Assembly (NCBI GenBank): GCA_023622465.1
Contig: JAMNZE010000093.1
Coordinates: 1-62,469 of the forward strand
DNA length: 62,469 bases
Direction of reading: 5' to 3'
Source of the DNA: Bacillota bacterium
GTDB taxonomy: Bacteria; Bacillota; UBA994; UBA5500
Every line of letters starts with the position of its first letter. Within the stretch, counting starts at the first letter, position 1. The position numbers and the translations under genes were made by a program. The notes below the pieces were generated by a model, which saw only the letters and a list, made by a program, of their open reading frames with translations, was not told the origin of the DNA and searched no databases. Positions 54,599-62,469 of the stretch are shown piece by piece.

Positions 54599-55906
54599 TT
54601 ACTTGAGCTCTAGCATGAGTACCGTGTCAATGTCATCGGGCACGGGATGGGTTAAATGGGCCGGCTCACCGAAGTTGACGAAGATATAGTCGGTGAAGTC
54701 GAAGGTGTTCCAGGGCTGAACAATTTTTAGTTCCGAACCGTCGGCCAGCAGCCGTACCTTTTTCACCCGGCCATTGAGCCCGGCTAAGCCCAGGGGCCCG
54801 ATGGGTGGCTCAAACACATGGGCATAGAGCTTATTGCCCTTTTGGGTGTAGTAACCCCACTCGGGTTTAGGCAGTTCGGCTCGGCCACAGCCGTAAATAC
54901 TATCGCTATTCTGCCCCATCCAAGTACCGATCTCTTTAAGAATTTGCCTTTCTTCAGCCGGGATTTCGCCTTTAGCGTTGGGGCCCACGTTTAAAATCAT
55001 ATTGCCATTCTTGCTGACACACTCCACCAGCTTGCGGATCATTTGCTTCGCCGATTTATAGTTTTTATCGCTGGCGCAGTAGCCCCAGTTGTTGTTCATG
55101 GTGATACAAGCTTCCCAGGGGATGGGGTTGCCATCTTCATCCACTATGCCGGCCGGTGGGATGATCTGCTCCGGTGAGGCAAAATCGCCCGCATAAGGTT
55201 TCGGATTACGGGTACGGATGCTGCCTGCGCCTTCGCCGCTGGCTTCCAGCCGGTTATCGATAATCGCCTGGGGCTGTAAACTCCTTACCATTTCAATTAG
55301 CTGGCTGGCCCGCCATTTTTCACCCTTCATATCGTCATAAGAAAAGTCGAACCAGAAAATATCAATAGGGCCATAATTGGTGCACAGCTCCCGCACCTGC
55401 CCGTGCATATAATCCAGGTAATTGTCAAAGTTGTGCTGCACGCCCTTAAGCGATTGGTCGTTACGCAAGGGGTGATGCCGGTCGCCATAGTGGGGGTAGT
55501 CGGGATGGTGCCAGTCGATCAGTGAATAGTACAAGCCAACCTTAAGCCCCGCTGCCCGAAAGGCCTCCACAAATTCGCGGATTAAATCACGGCCCGCCGG
55601 CGAGTTGGTGGCTTTATAGTCGGTAAGCTGGCTATCGAAGAGGCAGAAACCGTCGTGGTGTTTAGCTGTCATCACCGCATAGCGCATACCGGCGGCCTTA
55701 GCGGCTGCCGCCCAAGCTGCTGGGTCATAAGCTAACGGATTAAATTCCTCGAAATAGGGTTGGTAGTCCTCATTGGAAAGTCTTTCTGCCTTGCGCACCC
55801 ATTCTCCTCGGGCAGGGATAGCATAGAGGCCCCAATGGATGAACATGCCAAACCGGGCCTCACGCCACCATTTGGTGCGCTCGTTTCTAGCTGTAATCAA
55901 ATCCAT
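54599..55906 (-). CDS. Alpha-L-fucosidase, GH29 family
   Basis: It has WWREARFGMFIHWGLYA and YAVMTAKHHDGFCLFDS. ATG 55906 lies 9 nt after GGGAGG. The ORF extends to 56011. Confidence 0.85.
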   Translation of the reverse strand: MDLITARNERTKWWREARFGMFIHWGLYAIPARGEWVRKAERLSNEDYQPYFEEFNPLAYDPAAWAAAAKAAGMRYAVMTAKHHDGFCLFDSQLTDYKATNSPAGRDLIREFVEAFRAAGLKVGLYYSLIDWHHPDYPHYGDRHHPLRNDQSLKGVQHNFDNYLDYMHGQVRELCTNYGPIDIFWFDFSYDDMKGEKWRASQLIEMVRSLQPQAIIDNRLEASGEGAGSIRTRNPKPYAGDFASPEQIIPPAGIVDEDGNPIPWEACITMNNNWGYCASDKNYKSAKQMIRKLVECVSKNGNMILNVGPNAKGEIPAEERQILKEIGTWMGQNSDSIYGCGRAELPKPEWGYYTQKGNKLYAHVFEPPIGPLGLAGLNGRVKKVRLLADGSELKIVQPWNTFDFTDYIFVNFGEPAHLTHPVPDDIDTVLMLELK

Positions 55907-55920
55907 ATGTACATGCCTCC

Positions 55921-56871
55921 CTATTGTGTTGGTGAGTTCTGTTGGCGTCCGCCCAGAACTGCTAAGGCTACTCCGGCTATAATGAGGGCACCACCAGCTA
56001 AAGTGGGCCAACCTAGCTGTTCTCTGAGTAATAATACCGACCAGATAATAGAGAAGGCGGGGATTAAAAATAGACTAATGGCCGCCAAAGAAGCCTGTAC
56101 CCGCTGCAATAGATAGGCGTAGGCCACCACCGATACGGAAGTAGGTACGATGCTCAGGTAAAGAGTACTTAGCAAGATGGGGGTAGTAATTTGCGTCCAG
56201 CTGGGGGCTGCTTCGGCAAATAGGGCAACTATTACCAGAAAGACGGCACCGATGATGGTCGACCAAGCTACTACAATGGGCGGGTCCTCGTGGTGTAATA
56301 CCCGTTTAGAAGCAACTGTATAAACACTGTAGCTCAGGGCGGAAGCGATCACCAACACATTACCCAGGCCGCTATCCCCCCAGTCCAGCACCCAAGTGCC
56401 ATTGGTAGTCACTAAGAAGATACCGATGAAGGCAGTGATTAGGCCAATTAACTTTTTTCCGTTCATCCTTTCACCTAAGAAAATGGCTGAAAGAATGACC
56501 GAGAAAATCGGGTCCACCGAACTTAGCAGGCTTCCGCTGCTGGCGGTGGTGAGGTTGAGACCCAGGTTCTGTAGCAGATTATTTAGGAATACGCCCGAAC
56601 TGCCTAAGAGGATAAACCAAGGCCAGTTGCGTTGCGCGGCGCTAATAAATCTCTGGTAGCCGCTAACATAAATGGCATAGGCAGTGAGAAAGCAGGCTCC
56701 GATACTAAAGCGGAGGGCCGCCAGCAGGGTTGGTGGGATTACCTTCAACACCAACTTGGAAAAGGGAAAGACGGTTGACCAAATTAACGATGGCAGTAAG
56801 AGCAGAACTCCGATCGGTATTTGCCTTTTTTTTGCAGAGGCAACTGCTTTCGCAGCTCTTTCTTCTGTCAA
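55921..56871 (-). CDS. DMT-superfamily (EamA) transporter
   Basis: 316 aa with ten predicted helices in two EamA-like halves. The TTG start lies 6 nt after AAGGAGGG. Confidence 0.85.
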   Translation of the reverse strand: MTEERAAKAVASAKKRQIPIGVLLLLPSLIWSTVFPFSKLVLKVIPPTLLAALRFSIGACFLTAYAIYVSGYQRFISAAQRNWPWFILLGSSGVFLNNLLQNLGLNLTTASSGSLLSSVDPIFSVILSAIFLGERMNGKKLIGLITAFIGIFLVTTNGTWVLDWGDSGLGNVLVIASALSYSVYTVASKRVLHHEDPPIVVAWSTIIGAVFLVIVALFAEAAPSWTQITTPILLSTLYLSIVPTSVSVVAYAYLLQRVQASLAAISLFLIPAFSIIWSVLLLREQLGWPTLAGGALIIAGVALAVLGGRQQNSPTQ

Positions 56872-57011
56872 GGGAGGCCCTCCTTTGCAAAGATCACTCG
56901 CTCCTATTATATAGATGTTATTTTAATAACGTAACCCCCCAGCCCGGGAGGCTTTATTAACACCCCTGTTTTATGTTAATCTGTGCATAGAACCTAAAGG
57001 GAGGTAGACGC

Positions 57012-58181
57012 ATGCCAGATCCATGGGGAAAAATGCAGGGAGTACGTCCTGTGAAACCGCTTTACCGTTGGCTAGATGCGGGGCATAGCCTGGAGGAGGC
57101 CTTGGCAAAAATGCAGGCCACTTATGGCGTATCGCCGGCCAAGCTAGCTCTGCTACGCGAGGTGGCCGAGTTTGAATACCCATTCTTAACTAGCTTATCC
57201 CCACGGGCGGTGAGCGTATATGTGGGCATTCCCTTCTGCCCCACCCGTTGCCTTTATTGTTCTTTCCCGTCCCATTCCCTGCGTGAATTAGGGCAAGAAC
57301 GCCAGCGCTTTATGAATGCTTTGTTAGCCGAAATTGAGGCTGTAGGAAGGCAGCTGCGGCAACTGGAGTTTAATGTGGATTCGGTCTATGTGGGTGGTGG
57401 CACACCGACGGCCCTGCCGGCTAAAGATTTACGCCAGGTTCTGCAAGCGCTAAGGCAAGCCTTACCGCAGCCCTGGCAGGAGTTCACGGTAGAAGCCGGT
57501 CGGCCAGAAACCCTAACAGAACAGCATATAGCCGTATTGGTTGAGGCTGGAGTCGAACGCATCAGCATTAACCCTCAAACCAAGCACCAAAAGACCCTCG
57601 ATTTGATCGGGCGTCCCCATAGTGCAACCGATATCGAGGCGGCCGTGGTTCGTGCTGAAGGACACTTCCCAACACTAAATATGGACTTGATTCTGGGGCT
57701 GCCTAAGGAGGGGTTAGGCGAGGTTCAGGCTAGCATTGATTGGGTGCTGGGAATGAGACCTGAGAATATTACTTTGCACATGTTTTCACCAAAGCGGGCT
57801 TCCCGCTTCACCGCTGAACAAGACGACTGGTGGGGGATGCTGCCCGACGATCAACTGGCGGCTCGTATGGTAGAAGCGGCCAGCCAATCCTTGCGCCAAG
57901 CCGGCTACCATCCCTATTATTTATACCGGCAACGGAATATTCTTGGCGGCCAGGAAAATGTGGGCTGGACCCTACCAGGACACGCCTGCCGCTATAACAT
58001 GATTATGATCTCAGAGCGCCAACACATCTTAGGCTTAGGTGGTGGAGCAGCCAGTAAATTCCTCAACAAAGATGGTACATTGGTGGCTAAGACCAACCCC
58101 AAAGATGTGCGAGTTTATATTGAACGCCTAGAAGAGCTAATAGCCACTAAGAGCCAACTACTTGCGGAGAGGAGTAAATAG
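57012..58181 (+). CDS. Radical SAM coproporphyrinogen-dehydrogenase-like protein (HemZ/HemN family)
   Basis: It has the CxxxCxxC motif CPTRCLYCSF and WG.MQGVRPVK near the N-terminus, as in HemZ-like proteins. Confidence 0.78.
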   Translation: MPDPWGKMQGVRPVKPLYRWLDAGHSLEEALAKMQATYGVSPAKLALLREVAEFEYPFLTSLSPRAVSVYVGIPFCPTRCLYCSFPSHSLRELGQERQRFMNALLAEIEAVGRQLRQLEFNVDSVYVGGGTPTALPAKDLRQVLQALRQALPQPWQEFTVEAGRPETLTEQHIAVLVEAGVERISINPQTKHQKTLDLIGRPHSATDIEAAVVRAEGHFPTLNMDLILGLPKEGLGEVQASIDWVLGMRPENITLHMFSPKRASRFTAEQDDWWGMLPDDQLAARMVEAASQSLRQAGYHPYYLYRQRNILGGQENVGWTLPGHACRYNMIMISERQHILGLGGGAASKFLNKDGTLVAKTNPKDVRVYIERLEELIATKSQLLAERSK

Positions 58182-58742
58182 ATGAAAGTTTTGCTGCATG
58201 CCTGTTGTGGGCCCTGTGCTTCCTATTGTGTAGAGGCCCTACGGGAAGCGGGGCATCAAGTTTATGGCTATTTTTATAATCCCAACATTCATCCCTCCCA
58301 GGAATATCAGCGCCGCCTAGATTCCTTTATGCAATTTGCAGAAACGGTAGAGTTGCCTGTGCTCAACCCGGGAGAGTATGACTATCAGGAGTGGTTGCGC
58401 CGTGCCGCTTGGCGGGAACAGGTGCGCTGCCCCCTCTGCTACCAGATGCGCCTGGAGCAGACGGCACGCATCGCTAAACACGGCAAATTCGATGCCTTTA
58501 CCACCACCCTGTTAATTAGCCCCTTTCAAAAGCATGAAGTACTAAAGGAAACCGGCGAGGCCATTGCTGCTGCCTACGACATACCCTTTCTTTATATGGA
58601 TTTCCGCACCGGTTTTAAGCGCAGCGTGGAACTTTCCAAAGAGATGGGCCTTTACCGTCAACAGTACTGCGGTTGCATTTATAGCGAGGCCGAACGCTAC
58701 GCGCAGGACAGGGAGAAGAAGAAAAAAACTGCAAAGAAATGA
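58182..58742 (+). CDS. queH: Epoxyqueuosine reductase QueH
   Basis: It has the DUF208 signature MKVLLHACCGPCASY...NPNIHP and a C-terminal CGCIYSE. Confidence 0.88.
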   Translation: MKVLLHACCGPCASYCVEALREAGHQVYGYFYNPNIHPSQEYQRRLDSFMQFAETVELPVLNPGEYDYQEWLRRAAWREQVRCPLCYQMRLEQTARIAKHGKFDAFTTTLLISPFQKHEVLKETGEAIAAAYDIPFLYMDFRTGFKRSVELSKEMGLYRQQYCGCIYSEAERYAQDREKKKKTAKK

Positions 58743-58747
58743 CACTA

Positions 58748-58776
58748 ACAGCTGCGGTAATCCGCGGCTGTTTTTT
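58748..58776 (+). terminator. Intrinsic terminator
   Basis: Stem ACAGCTGCGG, loop taat, stem CCGCGGCTGT, followed by T-run. Confidence 0.7.
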
Positions 58777-58823
58777 CTTGCGCCTATGGAGGTAATTGTG
58801 TGATGTATTCAGAATAGAATGCA

Positions 58824-59036
58824 GTGGGCACAAACCTGGGCGAAGTTTTCCCCAGCGGAATAGTGAGCTGTCTGCTCACTTGGCTTGCTCAGTACTATCT
58901 AGGTTATCTACTAGCAATATTGGTTTGGTCTTTTATTGGGGCATCCCTTTATGTTGCTGTGCTTCATTGCTATAGCGAGCTAGTAAAGAGAGATGCGCCC
59001 GATGTAACAGCCGATGAAATGGAGGTGAAGAAATGA
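58824..59036 (+). CDS. Small hypothetical membrane protein
   Basis: 70-aa ORF with a GTG start and two hydrophobic helices. Its stop overlaps the next start (ATGA). Confidence 0.3.
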   Translation: MGTNLGEVFPSGIVSCLLTWLAQYYLGYLLAILVWSFIGASLYVAVLHCYSELVKRDAPDVTADEMEVKK

Positions 59037-59380
59037 AGAATAGCTTTGCAGAGGTAAAATTGTTTCAAGTTAAACCGGGCAAGCTGGCCGAGTTTGAAAC
59101 CCTGATAGCGGCAATCGCCGAGGCACAAATTCAGCAACCCGGATGTCTAGATATTAAATACCTTAAGCGTTCCTTTACTATCGACGGCGTTGAAATGGGT
59201 AGCCCTCCAAGGGAGCTGACGCGGATTGTAAAGTGCGTCAAGTATTTCTCTTACTGGGAATTTGATAGCAAGGAGAACTATGGCAAGGCCGTTAAGTGGT
59301 TCTTCAATAACTATGGAAAGGAAATTCAAAAGCTGCTTATCGCACCCTTTGATATCAATTGTGGGCCTAGTCTTCATTAA
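59033..59380 (+). CDS. Hypothetical protein (possibly ABM/ferredoxin-like fold)
   Basis: 115-aa ORF. The N-terminal FAEVKLFQVKPGKLAEFETLI resembles ABM-domain proteins. The assignment is weak. Confidence 0.4.
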   Translation: MKNSFAEVKLFQVKPGKLAEFETLIAAIAEAQIQQPGCLDIKYLKRSFTIDGVEMGSPPRELTRIVKCVKYFSYWEFDSKENYGKAVKWFFNNYGKEIQKLLIAPFDINCGPSLH

Positions 59381-59392
59381 AATACAGAACAA

Positions 59393-59417
59393 AAACGGAC
59401 GCGCTCGCGTCCGTTTG
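59393..59417. terminator. Bidirectional terminator
   Basis: AAACGGACGCGCTCGCGTCCGTTT between convergent genes. Confidence 0.6.
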
Positions 59418-59424
59418 TTGTATC

Positions 59425-60606
59425 TTACTGCAAATAAGCCGGCAAGAGGCTGTAAAACTGACAGGCAGTTACTATGTCGCTCACCGGGCAATATTCGTTG
59501 GTTTTGTGGGCCACCGCTTCGATACCGGCCCCAAAACCGATGGTGGGGATGCCCAGCCGACTGGCTGTTGCTACGCCATTAGTGGAGAAGGTCCATTTAT
59601 ACAATTGCGGTTCTTGGCCTAGCAAGGCTTCATAGGTCTTAATACAGCTCTTAGTCAATGGGTGTTCTTGGTCTATTTCCCAGGCGGGTAAGAAGGAACG
59701 AAGGGTGATGGTTTCGCCGGTCCAACTGGTGCCCACCGCTTCGTAGACCTCCCATGTAGCGTCGGTGCCGGCCACCAGAGCATCCAGCTCTTTAGCCACC
59801 GACTCCTCTGTTTCGCCGGGGACAAGGCGTCGATCCAGATAGAGGGAACAACTGGCCGGAATAGCGTTCAAGGAAACGGCCGTGCTTTCAATTCTAGTCA
59901 GTGCCAAAGAGGGGCGCTCTCCGGCGGGCAACTGCATGTATTCATTGCCCAGCTTTTCAATGCGGGCAACAATCGGCTGGGCCTTATAGATGGCGTTAAC
60001 GCCCTTTTCCGGAGCCGAACCATGGGAAGATACGCCTGGCACCGTAATCTTGAACACGGCGCGCCCCATGTGCCCTAAGGAAATCTGCAGATAGCTGGGT
60101 TCACAAATAACCACATAGTCGGGCTGCAGCGAGTTATCGACGATGGCCCGGTAGAGGCCTTCACCATCGTAATCCTCTTCCATAACCGAGCAGCAGACAT
60201 GAATAGTTTTTCCCGCATCTAGCCCTAGCTGCTTGATCACTGCCCCGGCATATACGGTGGCAGCCGCAGAAGCTTTCATGTCCGAGGCGCCGCGCCCGTG
60301 CAGCCTGCCATCCTTAATCACACCACCATATGGGGGCAAATCCCACTCCTCCGGGTCATTGACATCCACATGGTCCACGTGTGAATCGAACAATAATTTT
60401 GTAGGGCCGTTACCGATGGTGCCGATTACGTTGCCCACCTTATCAACTACTACCCGGTCATAACCCAGTTGCTTCATTTCAGTAGCGATACGTCGAATTA
60501 CTTTTTCCTCTTTACCGGTCAGGCTTTTAATTTGAACTAATTCACTAGCGAAGGCTATTAATTGTTGTTCAATGGCTTGTACCGCGTCTTTAACCCGTGT
60601 TTTCAT
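59425..60606 (-). CDS. YgeY-family M20 metallohydrolase
   Basis: It has LLFDSHVDHVDV and HGRGASDMKA, and the N-terminal region is typical of the YgeY subgroup of M20 peptidases/deacylases. The second ATG (60606) lies 7 nt after GGGAGG. Confidence 0.85.
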   Translation of the reverse strand: MKTRVKDAVQAIEQQLIAFASELVQIKSLTGKEEKVIRRIATEMKQLGYDRVVVDKVGNVIGTIGNGPTKLLFDSHVDHVDVNDPEEWDLPPYGGVIKDGRLHGRGASDMKASAAATVYAGAVIKQLGLDAGKTIHVCCSVMEEDYDGEGLYRAIVDNSLQPDYVVICEPSYLQISLGHMGRAVFKITVPGVSSHGSAPEKGVNAIYKAQPIVARIEKLGNEYMQLPAGERPSLALTRIESTAVSLNAIPASCSLYLDRRLVPGETEESVAKELDALVAGTDATWEVYEAVGTSWTGETITLRSFLPAWEIDQEHPLTKSCIKTYEALLGQEPQLYKWTFSTNGVATASRLGIPTIGFGAGIEAVAHKTNEYCPVSDIVTACQFYSLLPAYLQ

Positions 60607-60683
60607 GCCCATACCTCCCTTTGGCAGAATAGCTAGTTATAAGCTAATCATACCAAACCTAACTTAAGGGCGCAGGGTAATAC

Positions 60684-60713
60684 TTGACAAAATACTTCGA
60701 TACCCTCTACAAT
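60684..60713 (+). promoter_or_regulatory. Sigma-A-type promoter of the MATE gene
   Basis: TTGACA, an 18-nt spacer, then TACAAT. A 12-bp palindrome AGCAACGTTGCT follows at 60718..60729. Confidence 0.5.
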
Positions 60714-60747
60714 TAGCAGCAACGTTGCTATTGGGGGAGGAGGGGGA

Positions 60748-62109
60748 TTGGTGTCAATCCAACCGGTTGCCAAGAGTAAGAAGGCGAGTTTATATACTAA
60801 GATTCTGCTGTTAGCCTGGCCGGTGATGGCGCAAATGTTCCTGCAGACTCTAGCCCAGATGGTAGATATGGCCATGGTGGGGCGCTTAGGGCAGGCCGCG
60901 ATCGCTGCCGTAGGTTTAAGTTTTCGCCCCATGTTTGTAGGGCAGGCCATCTTTCTAGGCCTAGGGGTGGCTACAACCGCATTGGTGGCTCGCTTTATTG
61001 GTGCCGAAGATGAAGATACTGCCACCAAAGCGGCTGCTCAGGCCTTACTCACTACCTCGGTGTTGGCGCTGGTTTTAGCGGTCTGTGGTTTCTTCTTTGC
61101 CCGGGAAATAACCCTTTTTATGGGGGCTAAAGATGATGTAATCCAGCTAGGTATTCAATACTTGCAAGCTTTCAGTCCCGGGTTATTCTTTCTGATGCTA
61201 TCAACCATTATGACCAGCTCTCTGCGAGCCGCCGGTGATACGAAAACGCCCTTTTATGCTAGCCTATTTGCTAATGCACTTAACGTTGTTCTTAACTATG
61301 CCTTAATTTTTGGCCACTTCGGTCTGCCTGCCCTCGGGGTACAAGGCGCCGCCCTAGCCACCAGTATTGCCCACCTATCTACCGCCAGCATCCTGTTTAT
61401 CGCCCTGCTACGGGGTAAGGGAGGGCTGCACCTTAGAGGGCGAGATTTTGCCACCCTCGATTGGCCCCTGATCGTTCGCCTTTTCCGTGTCGGTATTCCG
61501 GCCGCCTTGGAGCGGCTAGTTATGAGTTTGAGCGTTATGCTTCACGTCAAGATTGTAGCGACCCTTGGTACTACGGCGGTGGCCGTTTCCACCTTAGCCG
61601 GCAATATTGAGCAACTTTCCTATATGCCCAGCATCGGCTTTTCGGTAGCCGCCTCCACTTTAGTAGGGCAAAATTTAGGAGCAGGTTTCCCCCAAGAAGC
61701 TGAGCGCAGTGGTTGGGGTGCGACTCGTCTGTGTGTATTCTTCATGGGCACCATGGGGGTGCTGTTCATTTTATTGCCCAGCCTCTTTGTGCGTATTTAC
61801 ACCGATGATCCGGCCGTTATAGCTTCGGCGGGGCAAGTGTTGCGCCTCATAGGTATTTCCCAGGTTCCCCAAGCCTTCGCCTTTGTGGCCAGTGGCGTTT
61901 TGCGTGGAGCAGGCGATACCAATGCGGTTCTTAATTTTGTTTTCCTAGGCAACGTGGTTATTCGTCTGGGCCTTTCTTACCTATTCGTGGTGGTCTTAGG
62001 TTGGGGTTTATGGAGTGCCTATGTGGCCGTTCTTGCTGACTGGATTTTTCGTGGTATTGCCCTCAGCCATTGGGTTAGACTGGGGCGGTGGCAAGTTAAA
62101 GCCGTCTAG
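60748..62109 (+). CDS. MATE-family efflux transporter
   Basis: 453 aa with 12 helices. It has N-terminal LLLAWPVMAQMFLQTL and RAAGDTKTP / RGAGDTN motifs. Confidence 0.9.
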   Translation: MVSIQPVAKSKKASLYTKILLLAWPVMAQMFLQTLAQMVDMAMVGRLGQAAIAAVGLSFRPMFVGQAIFLGLGVATTALVARFIGAEDEDTATKAAAQALLTTSVLALVLAVCGFFFAREITLFMGAKDDVIQLGIQYLQAFSPGLFFLMLSTIMTSSLRAAGDTKTPFYASLFANALNVVLNYALIFGHFGLPALGVQGAALATSIAHLSTASILFIALLRGKGGLHLRGRDFATLDWPLIVRLFRVGIPAALERLVMSLSVMLHVKIVATLGTTAVAVSTLAGNIEQLSYMPSIGFSVAASTLVGQNLGAGFPQEAERSGWGATRLCVFFMGTMGVLFILLPSLFVRIYTDDPAVIASAGQVLRLIGISQVPQAFAFVASGVLRGAGDTNAVLNFVFLGNVVIRLGLSYLFVVVLGWGLWSAYVAVLADWIFRGIALSHWVRLGRWQVKAV

Positions 62110-62141
62110 CATCCAACATCAATACACAAAGGTTAATAGCC

Positions 62142-62179
62142 GAGCTGTTAGCACGTTAGCTAGCAGCTCCAATTTTTTG
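62142..62179 (+). terminator. Intrinsic terminator
   Basis: Stem GAGCTGTTAGC, 6-nt loop, stem GCTAGCAGCTC, followed by CAATTTTTT. Confidence 0.7.
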
Positions 62180-62236
62180 TCATAAAAGGATTATCTGATT
62201 TGGTGACGAATTGAAGCGCAAAGGAGGGCGAGAAAT

Positions 62237-62469
62237 ATGCTGACAGTTGGTATGCCAGCACCCGATTTTACTCTGCCGGATAAAGATGGTAAGCCCATCT
62301 CCTTATCCGATTTCAGAGGCAAAAAGGTTGTGGTTTACTTCTATCCGCGCGATAACACGCCCGGATGCACCCGCCAGGCCTGCGCCTTTCGCGATGCCTA
62401 TGACGGTTTCAGAACTGAAGACGTCGTAGTTATTGGCATCAGTAAGGATAGCCAGGCTTCCCATCAGCG
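62237..62469 (+). CDS. bcp: Thioredoxin-dependent thiol peroxidase (Bcp/PrxQ), 5' partial at window edge
   Basis: My own translation gives [49 protein letters not shown]..., containing the PGCT peroxidatic Cys. The RBS AAGGAGGG lies 8 nt upstream. The frame is open to the end of the window. It is not in the supplied ORF track because no stop is reached. Confidence 0.85.
   Translation, partial: MLTVGMPAPDFTLPDKDGKPISLSDFRGKKVVVYFYPRDNTPGCTRQACAFRDAYDGFRTEDVVVIGISKDSQASHQ

Noticed and set aside
1-62469. A search for mobile elements, prophage remnants, tRNA/rRNA genes and defence-system hallmarks (transposase, integrase, Cas, restriction-modification, toxin-antitoxin pairs).
   Set aside because: None of the supported ORFs shows the corresponding motifs, and no tRNA-like cloverleaf or long inverted terminal repeats were noticed. 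The absence is based on reading by eye only.

Overview
This 62.5-kb window is a gene-dense chromosomal segment. It reads like the core genome of an endospore-forming member of the Bacillota (Clostridia-like). That lineage guess is inference from a BofC-like gene, YlbF/YmcA, a YheC/D-type ATP-grasp gene, T-box and B12 leaders and strong GGAGG ribosome-binding sites. About 60 protein-coding genes can be supported:
- Housekeeping: tcdA, gltX, cysS, lysS, ychF, nadE, yebC, ruvCAB, queH, udk, cls and a partial bcp.
- Metal handling: feoAB with a divergent MntR/DtxR-type repressor, an Mrp/ApbC-DUF5320-DUF134 cluster, and tandem CNNM/CorC-type transporters.
- Transport: a BMP-family nucleoside ABC importer, plus MATE and DMT transporters.
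- Cell wall: a FemAB-like plus MurE-like pair and a triple NlpC/P60 protein.
- Other: one chemoreceptor, several PLP enzymes, and a GH29 fucosidase.

Two cis-regulatory RNAs are clear: a cobalamin riboswitch (minus strand, about 23533-23745) and a Lys T-box leader (minus strand, about 37343-37605). I saw no rRNA, tRNA, CRISPR array, transposase or integrase.

The best candidate for something undescribed is a divergent two-gene module at 49646-51597. It sits inside the otherwise conserved yebC-ruvCAB block. It pairs a DNRLRE-like protein with a protein built of 3 x 49-aa repeats, and both end in the same unassigned C-terminal domain of about 80 aa. Secondary leads:
- A translationally coupled FemX/MurE-like pair whose DAP-recognition motif is altered.
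- A frameshifted YheC/D ATP-grasp gene.
- Palindromic operators in the mrp and feoAB promoters.
- A recurring GC-rich palindromic terminator family.
- Pseudo-catalytic NlpC/P60 domains.
- An extracytoplasmic CZB-like sensor domain.

All family assignments come from reading motifs by eye. No searches were run, and RNA element boundaries are approximate.
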